From: Eledone cirrhosa
Lineage: Eukaryota
NCBI GenBank assembly: GCA_964016885.1
Contig: OZ024755.1
Span: forward strand, 40,548,001 to 40,612,000
Length of the DNA stretch: 64,000 bases
Direction: 5' to 3'
The position numbers and the translations under genes are program-made. Of this stretch, positions 1-13,200 are shown piece after piece (within the stretch, counting starts at the first letter, position 1; the number at the start of each line of letters is the position of its first letter). The notes below the pieces were generated by a model. The model ran no database searches and was not told the DNA's origin. It worked only from the letters and a program-made list of their open reading frames with translations.

Positions 1-240
1 GCACTGTTATGTTACTGGTGTCAGTCATTAGACCGTGGCCATGCTGGGGCACTGTTATGTTACTGGTGTCAGTCATTAGACCGTGGCCATGCTGGGGCAC
101 TGTTATGTTACTGTTGTCAGTCATTAGACTGTGGCCATGCTGGGGCACTGTTATTTTACTGGTGTCAGTCATTAGACTGTGGCCATACTGGGGCACAGTT
201 ATGCTACTGGTGTCAGTCATTAGACTGTGGCCAGGCTGGG
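1..240. repeat. 48-bp minisatellite, ~5 copies (truncated by window edge), derived from a SINE 3' end
   Basis: Unit gcactgttatgttactggtgtcagtcattagac(c/t)gtggccatgctggg recurs at 1, 49, 97, 145 and 193. Its reverse complement resembles the SINE-tail fragment at 53245-53300. Confidence 0.9.
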
Positions 241-717
241 GCAGCACTTTAAAGAGATTTTAGTCAACATATTAGATCTGTTTTTTGCCGAATAACTAAT
301 TATAGATATAAAAAAATAGTAACACACACATACATATATACACAGACACACATACACAGAGACACACTCACAGACACACACACACGCAAACAAACACACA
401 CACATACAGACACAGGCACACACTCACACACACACATATACAAATAAACACACATTCACAAGTACGAAAGACTTTCATTGTTTCTGTCTACCAAATTTCG
501 AAGCTGTACTAAAAGACACCAAAGTTGGTTCTCAGTGTCAGTAAACACAAAATTGACTCCAGAACTACAACACAGCCATGACCACCTCTATGCACTTTTA
601 AAGTACAGAAAACGGTGCACACGGATCGGCGAAACTGCAGTCGGGACTTTGAAGTAAAAATAGGTATATTTTTGTCTAATATTTCCTCATGTTTTGTAAT
701 TTTGTATATATATATAT

Positions 718-718
718 G

Positions 719-769
<51 letters not shown>

Positions 770-770
770 T

Positions 771-802
<32 letters not shown>

Positions 803-803
803 T

Positions 804-847
<44 letters not shown>

Positions 848-851
848 TTAT

Positions 852-909
<58 letters not shown>
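718..909. repeat. (CTA)n microsatellite
   Basis: Direct; explains the poly-Y/L/S/V ORFs. Confidence 0.98.
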
Positions 910-910
<1 letters not shown>

Positions 911-1524
911 TGTGGTAGCTTGCTAGCTTGTCTGTAATGTAATACAGCGAAAAGGGCGCATAACGGGAAAATACTTTGAAAGGAAGTTGACCCTGAAATG
1001 GGAATACAAACGGAATAAAACAAGTTTCGCGCAAGCCGGAGCACGGGTTCCCCGAGATATGGGGTTTTCTAGGCACCTTCATAAATAACCAAAACGGTGC
1101 ATAATGAGAAAATACTCCAAAGGTAACATAACCCTGAAACGGGAATATAAACGGAATAAAACAAGTTTTTCGGGTACCTTGAACTATTGGTGACCCAACA
1201 ACGGGTCACGGGTAGTCTAATATAATATATAAAAGAGGAAAATGTGAAGTTGAAGATGTTAGTGTCTTTTATTAATTGAGCCGTTATACATATTTCAATG
1301 ACGATAGATATCGTGATTTCTTCAGACAGCAAAATTGAGTAAAAGGCAACATTTCCGAGGCAATGATGGGTGGAAGGGAGCGGACTAAAAAAATGTATGT
1401 TTTTGTTTTGGTTGTCCGCTTCCTTCTAACTTTCAGAACTTCCCGACAGCTCTGCGCAGACGCAGGTATGTGGGAGGTTTACCACTCAACTACCAGCCAG
1501 AATACTACTACCCTTAGCTGGCAG

Positions 1525-1591
1525 GTAAACAGTATACGGTACTGATGAAGGGTAGCCACCCAGAAGCATTAGTGTCTGCAGTTCTGTTTAC
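1525..1591 (+). ncRNA. Degenerate type I hammerhead ribozyme
   Basis: CTGATGA (1542-1548), stem II gggt-agcc-accc, GAAG instead of GAAA, ca-ttag-tg then GTC. Distal stem I gtaaacag/ctgtttac. Confidence 0.5.
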
Positions 1592-1660
1592 ATGCCAACA
1601 CAAGTCATTCTACTCACCTGGTTTAAAGAGGCTGTTTGCATAATTGCAAACGAATCGAAT

Positions 1661-1848
1661 GTGAATTGGCAGTATCGGTAGAGGGCTGGACGCCATGCTT
1701 TGACGCATAGAGTTACGGCCCTTGCCATTCTGAGTTCAAATCCCGCCGAGGTTAACTTTGCCTTTCATCCTTACGGGGTCGATAAAATAAAGTAGCAGTA
1801 ATGTACTGGGTAATTGCTGGCCTTGTGCCAAAAGTAGAAACAATTATT
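1661..1848 (+). mobile_element. tRNA-derived SINE, family 1
   Basis: A-box-like tggcagtatcgg, B-box gagttcaaatcc, core gcctttcatccttacggggtcgataaaataaagta, (att)n tail. Many similar copies in this window. Confidence 0.9.
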
Positions 1849-1956
1849 AATATTCGAAAAACTCAGATTTACATTTCTCATATATATATAATATTAAAGA
1901 TACTATTTATAGTTATGTATATACTATACTATAAACAACTATAAACAGGGAAGGTC

Positions 1957-2140
1957 AGTCATTTATTACTACCTTATTACCAGTAAGATAAATAGCTCAA
2001 TGTAAGAACATCAGCTGTTTTACAGAGCAGTTATATAGAATACACAAGTATCAAAGTTATGTTTAAATCATTTAATCGCTGACAATTGTTTCTTCCAAAC
2101 TTAAGCTTGGAGTCCTCGGAGCATTATCAATGTTTGTACA
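1957..2140 (-). mobile_element. Hammerhead-bearing short element, family A (Penelope pLTR-like)
   Basis: Homologous to 3206-3288 (inverted), 41365-41462 and 42062-42230; lies next to TA-rich tracts. Confidence 0.7.
2073..2127 (-). ncRNA. Type I hammerhead ribozyme candidate (CCGAGGA core variant)
   Basis: Minus strand reads taatgct CCGAGGA c tccaagc-ttaa-gtttgga a GAAAC aatt GTC agcgatta. Confidence 0.65.
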
Positions 2141-2589
2141 TATAATTAACCTCCTATTCAACTGAAGAATCATACAGATACATATATATTGATGTTGCGG
2201 AGAACAGTTTCATGTTTACAGTGTGGAATGGATGCGACATGTATTATATTATACGAGAATTGTACAATAATTCAAATTAAGATTAAAATTAAAAACTAAA
2301 AACTAAAAAATAAATTAAAATTAAAATTAAAAGCACAGAGTGGAATACATGCGACAGATAATACAAGAGAATAGTCTAAAAATTAAAGAGATAGTGCATG
2401 CGTAATATTTGTCGAGCAATACTGGCCATGACTGCTGCTACAGTAGTAGGCTGGCCGCTGTCTTATTAACAACCCACTTTCCACCGATTGACCTCGATGT
2501 CACGTGTTCGATTCTTTTTGAATTTGCCACAGACACAGAGGCAGTGATTTTCTCAATGGCTAGGAAGTAAGTCCACGCTTTGCTATTTC

Positions 2590-2789
2590 CTATTCACTGA
2601 ATTATTTTTTAATAAGCTTCCAGAGTCCTCGCTTTGCCTGGAAACTTATATGAGAATTGACTTTCCTGATGACGGGATGTTTCTCTACACCTTCTTCGGA
2701 AGATGTATCTACTCCATTCCAGAAACTAATTAGTTGGAAGTGATATTTTAGTAAGTAAGTCAATTTTATAATTTTCTTATCTTACGTCT

Positions 2790-2792
<3 letters not shown>
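2590..2792 (+). mobile_element. Hammerhead-bearing short element, family B, ending at (TA)n
   Basis: Homologous to the reverse complement of 49188-49420 on both sides of the ribozyme. Both copies end ttacgtct(c/t)tt then (TA)n. Confidence 0.75.
2660..2741 (+). ncRNA. Complete type I hammerhead ribozyme with extended stem II
   Basis: actttc CTGATGA c gggatg..taca c cttc-TTCG-gaag a tgta..cattcc a GAAAC taatta GTT ggaagt. 6-bp stem I, palindromic stem III, GUU triplet. Confidence 0.85.
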
Positions 2793-3490
<698 letters not shown>

Positions 3491-3626
3491 TATATGTATG
3501 TATTATATGTATGCATGTTTGTATTATGTTTGTATGTATATAAAAGATAAACAGAAATAACAACACAATCGGTACAGTATATGGAAGGAAAATATTAGGT
3601 TAACTCTTGAAATAGCAGGAAGGGGA

Positions 3627-3662
3627 TCTTAACGTTTCGGGCGCTAGTACTTCATCAGAAGA
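3627..3662 (-). ncRNA. Minimal hammerhead motif with decayed stem II
   Basis: Minus strand reads tctt CTGATGA agtactagcgccc GAAAC GTT aaga. Loopless ACGT stem III, 4-bp stem I. Confidence 0.55.
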
Positions 3663-3691
3663 AAGAATGAGAAATTAGAAAGATATATATT

Positions 3692-4112
3692 ACACTTCTT
3701 ATCTCACGCCTCATATCTCATACCTCTTATCTCACCACATCTTATCTCACCCCTCTTATCTCACCTCATCTTATCTCACACCTCATATCTCATATCTCTT
3801 ATCTCACCTCATCTTATCTCACACCTCATATCTCATATCTCTTATCTCACCTCATCTTATCTCACACCTCATATCTCATATCTCTTATCTCACCTCATCT
3901 TATCTCACCTCATCTTATCTCACTACATCTTATCTCACCCCTCATATCTCATATCTCATATCTCTTATCTCACCTCATCTTATCTCACCTCATCTCATCT
4001 CACGCCTCAAATCTCATATCTCATATCTCTTATCTCACCTCATCTTATCTCACCTCATCTTATCTCACCACATCTTATCTCACCCCTCATATCTCATATC
4101 TCTTATCGCACC
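3692..4112. repeat. Low-complexity tandem repeat built from (ct)tatctca(cctcat) subunits
   Basis: Direct. Confidence 0.9.
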
Positions 4113-4448
4113 CCTCTATAGGTATCCATCTTCCTGGTGTGGATATTCTGTAAACTTTATAAACTTTCTACAATCCGGAAACAGTTGGAAGCGATGACAA
4201 ACAGCCACAATTTTACAGAAAGTTTGTTAATGGATTCCGTGTATTGGCTGTTAATGACCCTAACTCATTAACAATTAATACACTTGACTAATTAATATCC
4301 ATACTTTAATTATATTAATTATGGATCTAATTATGTCTTAGTAAAATACTAAGAAAGTTACACTGGGTGCTTTACACTACCCAGGGGTCACTGTCGTCCA
4401 GTGGTAATATTATTTATGAAAACACTTTCACATTATTACCAACATAAG

Positions 4449-4562
4449 TCTGAGTTCAAATCCCGCCGAAGTTAACTTTGCCTTTCATCCTTACGGGGTC
4501 AATAAAATAAAGTACCAGTAATACACTGGCTAATTATTGGCCTTGTGTCAAAAGTAGAAACA
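4449..4562 (+). mobile_element. 5'-truncated family 1 SINE with 17-bp TSD
   Basis: attattaccaacataag at 4432-4448 and 4563-4579 flanks the SINE 3' half. Confidence 0.9.
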
Positions 4563-4972
4563 ATTATTACCAACATAAGGTAGCAACCTTCAACGAGGAG
4601 AAAACATTCCTAAATGATAAGATTCTTGTGATAATGAAAGAGAAATATTGTTATAGCAGAGATCAGAAAACCTGAACATTCTCTGGTAGAATCTTTGTTG
4701 TTTGGTACGACTGGAGGGACTGGTTAGTTGAAAGTAGCCGAAATCATGGAGATATTCAATTGACAGCTGATGAGGAGAATGTTAGTACTGCAGGCTATTG
4801 TAGAATATTCCGGACTGTACAATATTGAATATATTGAGATTTTTATGAAAATAACTTAATTTATTTTTATTTCTACCTGGAAGACATTCGTGAAAACAGT
4901 TTCATGGGGGGGGGGGGGGGGTCTTGAAGTTTCTCTTAAAATTATTATTACACATTTTACTATATATAGACA

Positions 4973-5250
4973 GTGATGGTGATGGTGAGGGCGATGGTGA
5001 TGATGATGGTAATGGTGATGTGATGGTGATGGAAATGGTGATTGCAATAGAAATTATGATGATGGTGATGATGATGGTGATGGTGAAAATGATGGTGATG
5101 GTGATGATAGTGGGGAAGATGATGGTGATGGCGATGGCGATGGTGATATGATGATGATGGTGATGGTGATAATGATGAAAATGGGGAAGACGATGTTGAT
5201 GGTGATGATGATGATGGTGATGATGATGGCGATAGTGATGGCGATAGGCT
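4973..5250. repeat. Degenerate (GAT/GGT)n microsatellite
   Basis: Direct. Confidence 0.9.
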
Positions 5251-5609
5251 ATAAGTAAATGGTGAGCTGTGGAAGCCTAGTTCCAACAATGTTCGTAAAT
5301 ATAAAGATGTGGTAAATATGAGACTAGAATCTGCCGCTACCGTTGTTAATGTGAGAACCTGATGAGACATGTGAGAACCTGATGAGACATAATTAGCGAA
5401 AGTAAAGCCCAGTGGAGTTCATTTCATTAACAGCGAAACGCGTGTTGGGAAAATCTGGGGAATGGAGAATGAATATGTCTGTATGTCGAATATATATATA
5501 AACAGTGTGTTAACATTTCTGGCAATATTATTACAACATTACAAGACAATATATATACACGAATGTAAATGATATTAAAGCTGAAATTCTTAAAATATAA
5601 ATGTTTAGA

Positions 5610-6127
5610 TAACAAGTGTGTCCGGTTGACAATGACAATGTCGTGGGTTCGATGTGAGGGTCGGGTAACAGGTGTGTCCGGTTGACAATGACAATGTCGT
5701 GGGTTCGATGTGTGGGTCGGGTAACAGGTGTGTCCGGTTGACAATGACAATGTCGTGGGTTCGATGTGTGGGTCGGGTAACAGGTGTGTCCGGTTGACAA
5801 TGACAATGTCGTGGGTTCGATGTGTGGGTCGGGTAACAGGTGTGTCCGGTTGACAATGACAATGTCGTGGGTTCGATGTGTGGGTCGGGTAACAGGTGTG
5901 TCCGGTTGACAATGACAATGTCGTGGGTTCGATGTGTGGGTCGGGTAACAGGTGTGTCCGGTTGACAATGGCAATGTCGTGGGTTCGATGTGTGGGTCGG
6001 GTAACAGGTGTGTCCGGTTGACAATGGCAATGTTGTGGGTTCGATGTGTGGGTCGGGTAACAGGTGTGTCCGGTTGACAATGACAATGTCGTGGGTTCGA
6101 TGTGAGGGTCGGGTAACAGGTGTGTCC
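5610..6127. repeat. 56-bp minisatellite, ~9 copies, derived from a SINE tRNA head
   Basis: Unit taacaggtgtgtccggttgacaatgacaatgtcgtgggttcgatgtgtgggtcggg; contains a B-box-like GGTTCGA. Confidence 0.92.
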
Positions 6128-6330
6128 TACATCAAGACACTTCAATCCTTGTTCCACCAGTCAAATCAGTAGAAAATAAGTTCCCACATCATCATCCGGT
6201 GGTTAACTCCGTTATGGACTGGGGTCTTATGAAGAGGGAGGTCGTGTACTGTCGTACCCTTAATACCAATGAGAGCAGGTCAAGCTCCGGCCTGAGGAAG
6301 GTCTGGGCTTGAGGGAGAATAACTGTCATA
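6120..6330 (+). mobile_element. Degenerate SINE body (family 2) continuing from the 56-bp array
   Basis: gtgtcctacatcaagacacttcaatcc resembles atgtccttgagcaagacactttatttc of the minus-strand SINE at about 54010-54040. Confidence 0.55.
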
Positions 6331-6351
6331 GGCTAGCTTCGTACACATTCA

Positions 6352-7261
6352 CACCCACTAACACACACACTCACATACACTAACACACACACTCACACAC
6401 ACCGACACACACACTCACATGCACTAACACACACACTCACACACACCGACACACACACTCACATGCACTAACACACACACTCACACACACCGACACACAC
6501 ACTCACATACACTAACACACACACTCACACACACCGACACACACTCACATGCACTAACACACACTCACATACACTGACACACAGACTCACATACACTAAC
6601 ACACACACTCACACACACCGACACACACACTCACATGCACTAACACACACACTCACACACACCGACACACACACTCACATGCACTAACACACACACTCAC
6701 ACACACCGACACACACACTCACATACACTAACACACACACTCACACACACCGACACACACACACTCACATGCACTAACACACACTCACATACACTGACAC
6801 ACAGACTCACATACACTAACACACACACTCACACACACCGACACACACACTCACATGCACTAACACACACTCACATACACTGACACACAGACTCACATAC
6901 ACTAACACACACACTCACACACACCGACACACACACTCACATGCACTAACACACACTCACATACACTGACACACAGACTCACATACACTAACACACACAC
7001 TCACACACACCGACACACACACTCACATGCACTAACACACACTCACATACACTGACACACAGACTCACATACACTAACACACACACTCACACACACCGAC
7101 ACACACACTCACATGCACTAACACACACTCACATCCACTGACACACAGACTCACATACACTAACACACACACCGACACACACACTCACATGCACTGACAC
7201 ACACACCGACATATATGCACATATATACATACATGTGCGTTCACATACTCACACATATACA
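6352..7261. repeat. Compound (CA)-derived minisatellite (cactaac / accgac / actcac variants)
   Basis: Direct; grades into the next array. Confidence 0.9.
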
Positions 7262-10200
7262 CACACTAACACCTACCTACACACACTAACACCTACCTAC
7301 ACACTAACACCTACCTACAGACTAACACCTACCTACACACACTAACACCTACCTACACACTAACACCGACCTACACACTAACACCTACCTACACACAGTA
7401 ACACCTACCTACAGACTAACACCGACCTACACACTAACATCTACCTACACACTAACATCTACCTACACACTAACACCTACCTACACACACTAACACCTAC
7501 CTACACACTAACATCTACCTACACACTAACACCTACCTACACACAGTAACACCTACCTACACACTAACACCTACCTACACACACTAACACCTACCTACAC
7601 ACACTAACACCTACCTACACACACTAACACCTACCTACACACACTAACACCTACCTACACACACTAACACCTACCTACACACTAACACCTACCTACACAC
7701 ACTAACACCTACCTACACACTAACACCTACCTACACACACTAACACCTACCTACACACACTAACACCTACCTACACACACTAACACCTACCTACACACAC
7801 TAACACCTACCTACACACACTAACACCTACCTACACACACTAACACCTACCTACACACTAACACCTACCTACACACTAACACCTACCTACACACTAACAC
7901 CTACCTACACACACTAACACCTACCTACACACTAACACCTACCTACACACACTAACACCTACCTACACACTAACACCTACCTACACACACTAACACCTAC
8001 CTACACACACTAACACCTACCTACACACACTAACACCTACCTACACACACTAACACCTACCTACACACACTAACACCTACCTACACACTAACACCTACCT
8101 ACACACTAACACCTACCTACACACTAACACCTACCTACACACACTAAGACCTACCTACACACTAACACCTACCTACACACACTAACACCTACCTATACAC
8201 TAACACCTACCTACACACACTAACACCTACCTACACACTAACACCTACCTACACACACTAACACCTACCTACACACTAACACCTACCTACACACACTAAC
8301 ACCTACGTACACACACTAACACCTACCTACACACACTAACACCTACCTACACACACTAACACCTACCTACACACACTAACACCTACCTACACACTAACAC
8401 CTACCTACACACTAACACCTACCTACACACTAACACCTACCTACACACACTAACACCTACCTACACACTAACACCTACCTACACACACTAACACCTACCT
8501 ACACACTAACACCTACCTACACACTAACACATACCTACACACACTAACACCTACCTACACACTAACACCTACCTACACACACTAACACCTACCTACACAC
8601 TAACACCTACCTACACACACTAACACCTACCTACACACAGTAACACCTACCTACACACTAACGCCGACCTACACACTAAAACCTACCTACACACTAACAC
8701 CTACCTACACACACTAACACCTACCTACACACTAACACCTACCTACACACTAACACCTACCTACACACTAACACCTACCTACACACTAACACCTACCTAC
8801 ACACTAACACCTACCTACACACTAACGCCGACCTACACACTAACACCGACCTACACACTAACACATACCTACACACACTAACACCTACCTACACACTAAC
8901 ACCTACCTACACACACTAACACCTACCTACACACGAACACCTACCTACACACACTAACACCTACCTACACACTAACACCTACCTACACACTAACGCCGAC
9001 CTACACACTAACACCGACCTACACACTAACACATACCTACACACACTAACACCTACCTACACACTAACGCCGACCTACACACTAACACCGACCTACACAC
9101 TAACACCTACCTACACACACTAACACCTACCTACACACGAACACCTACCTACACACACCAACACCTACCTACACACACTAACACCTACCTACACACACTA
9201 ACACCTACCTACACACACTAACACCTACCTACACACACTAACACCTACCTACACACACTAACACCTACCTACACACTAACACCTACCTACACACACTAAC
9301 ACCTACCTACACACTAACACCTACCTACACACTAACACCTACCTACACACTAACACCTACCTACACACTAACACCTACCTACACACTAACGCCGACCTAC
9401 ACACTAAAACCTACCTACACACTAACACCTACCTACACACACTAACACCTACCTACACACACTAACACCTACCTACACACACTAACACCTACCTACACAC
9501 ACTAACACCTACCTACACACACTAACACCTACCTACACACACTAACACCTACCTACACACACTAACACCTACCTACACACACTAACACCTACCTACACAC
9601 ACTAACACCTACCTACACACTAACACCTACCTACACACACTAACACCTACCTACACACACTAACACCTACCTACACACACTAACACCTACCTACACACAC
9701 TAACACCTACCTACACACACTAACACCTACCTACACACACTAACACCTACCTACACACACTAACACCTACCTACACACTAACACCTACCTACACACTAAC
9801 ACCTACCTACACACTAACACCTACCTACACACTAACACCTACCTACACACTAACGCCGACCTACACACTAAAACCTACCTACACACTAACACCTACCTAC
9901 ACACACTAACACCTACCTACACACACTAACACCTACCTACACACACTAACACCTACCTACACACACTAACACCTACCTACACACACTAACACCTACCTAC
10001 ACACACTAACACCTACCTACACACACTAACACCTACCTACACACTAACACCTACCTACACACACTAACACCTACCTACACACACTAACACCTACCTACAC
10101 ACACTAACACCTACCTACACACACTAACACCTACCTACACACACTAACACCTACCTACACACTAACACCTACCTACACACTAACACCTACCTACACACTA

Positions 10201-13200
10201 ACACCTACCTACACACTAACACCTACCTACACACTAACGCCGACCTACACACTAAAACCTACCTACACACTAACACCTACCTACACACACTAACACCTAC
10301 CTACACACACTAACACATACCTACACACACTAACACCTACCTACACACACTAACACCTACCTACACACACTAACACCTACCTACACACACTAACACCTAC
10401 CTACACACACTAACACCTACCTACACACTAACACCTACCTACACACACTAACACCTACCTACACACACTAACACCTACCTACACACACTAACACCTACCT
10501 ACACACACTAACACCTACCTACACACACTAACACCTACCTACACACACTAACACCTACCTACACACACTAACACCTACCTACACACTAACACCTACCTAC
10601 ACACTAACACCTACCTACACACTAACACCTACCTACACACTAACACCTACCTACACACTAACGCCGACCTACACACTAAAACCTACCTACACACTAACAC
10701 CTACCTACACACACTAACACCTACCTACACACTAACACCTACCTACACACACTAACACCTACCTACACACACTAACACCTACCTACACACTAACACCTAC
10801 CTACACACTAACACCTACCTACACACTAACACCTACCTACACACTAACACCTACCTACACACTAACGCCGACCTACACACTAAAACCTACCTACACACTA
10901 ACACCTACCTACACACACTAACACCTACCTACACACACTAACACCTACCTACACACACTAACACCTACCTACACTCACTAACACCTACCTACACACACTA
11001 ACACCTACCTACACACACTAACACCTACCTACACACACTAACACCTACCTACACACTAACACCTACCTACACATACTAACACCTACCTACACACACTAAC
11101 ACCTACCTACACACTAACGCCGACCTACACACTAACACCGACCTACACACTAACACCTACCTACACACTAACACCTACCTACACACACTAACACCTACCT
11201 ACACACACTAACACCTACCTACACACACTAACACCTACCTACACACACTAACACCTACCTACACACACTAACACCTACCTACACACTAACACCTACCTAC
11301 ACACACTAACACCTACCTACACACACTAACACCTACCTACACACTAACGCCGACCTACACACTAACACCGACCTACACACTAACACCTACCTACACACTA
11401 ACACCTACCTACACACACTAACACCTACCTACACACACTAACACCTACCTACACACTAACACCTACCTACACACTAACACCTACCTACACACTAACACCT
11501 ACCTACACACTAACGCCGACCTACACACTAAAACCTACCTACACACTAACACCTACCTACACACACTAACACCTACCTACACACTAACACCTACCTACAC
11601 ACACTAACACCTACCTACACACTAACACCTACCTACACACTAACGCCGACCTACACACTAACACCGACCTACACACTAACACATACCTACAAACAGTAAC
11701 ACCTACCTACACACTAACACCTACCTACACACACTAACACCTACCTACACACGAACACCTACCTACACACACCAACACCTACCTACACACACTAACACCT
11801 ACCTACACACACTAACACCTACCTACACACACTAACACCTACCTACACACACTAACACCTACCTACACACACTAACACCTACCTACACACGAACACCTAC
11901 CTACACACACTAACACCTACCTACACACTAACACCTACCTACACACTAACACCTACATACACAGTAACACCTACCTACACACTAACACCTACCTACACAC
12001 ACTAACACCTACCTACACACACTAACACCTACCTACACAGTAACACCTACCTACACACTAACACCTACCTACACACACTAACACCTACCTACACACTAAC
12101 ACCTACCTACACACTAAAACCTACCTACACACTAACACCTACCTACACACTAACACATACCTACACACACTAACACATACCTACACACGAACACCTACCT
12201 ACACACACTAACACCTACCTACACACACTAACACCTACCTACACACTAACACCTACCTACACACTAACACCTACCTACACACTAACACCTACCTACACAC
12301 ACTAACACCTACCTACACACACTAACACCTACCTACACACACTAACACCTACCTACACACGAACACCTACCTACACACACTAACACCTACCTACACACTA
12401 ACACCTACCTACACACTAACACCTACATACACAGTAACACCTACCTACACACTAACACCTACCTACACACACTAACACCTACCTACACACACTAACACCT
12501 ACCTACACAGTAACACCTACCTACACACTAACACCTACCTACACACACTAACACCTACCTACACACTAACACCTACCTACACACTAAAACCTACCTACAC
12601 ACTAACACCTACCTACACACTAACACATACCTACACACACTAACACCTACCTACACACGAACACCTACCTACACACACTAACACCTACCTACACACACTA
12701 ACACCTACCTACACACTAACACCTACCTACACACTAACACCTACCTACACACTAACACCTACCTACACACACTAACACCTACCTACACACACTAACACCT
12801 ACCTACACACTAACACCTACCTACACACACTAACACCTACCTACACACTAACACCTACCTACACACTAACACCTACCTACACACACTAACACCTACCTAC
12901 ACACTAACACCTACCTACACACTAACACCTACCTACACACACTAACACCTACCTACACACTAACACCTACCTACACACTAACACCTACCTACACACACTA
13001 ACACCTACCTACACACTAACACCTACCTACACACTAACACCTACCTACACACACTAACACCTACCTACACTGTAACACCTACCTACACACTAACACCTAC
13101 CTACACACACTAACACCTACCTACACACTAACACCTACCTACACACTAACACCTACCTACACACACTAACACCGACCTACACACTAACACCTACCTACAC

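Noticed and set aside
955-1170. Diverged ~140-bp-period duplication (ccctgaaa..aaacggaataaaacaagttt)
   Set aside because: Real, but probably internal to an unidentified dispersed repeat; no further structure could be supported.
1661-1760. tRNA genes at A/B-box motifs
   Set aside because: No cloverleaf; these are SINE heads continuing into a shared core and tail.
4765-4820. CTGATGA followed by a possible stem
   Set aside because: No GAAA or NUH at the required positions.
5351-5445. CTGATGA duplicated in a 20-bp tandem, with GCGAAA downstream
   Set aside because: No convincing stem I or II pairing.
5427-6157. His/Cys-rich ORFs of 141-219 aa
   Set aside because: Translations of the 56-bp minisatellite cycling through frames.
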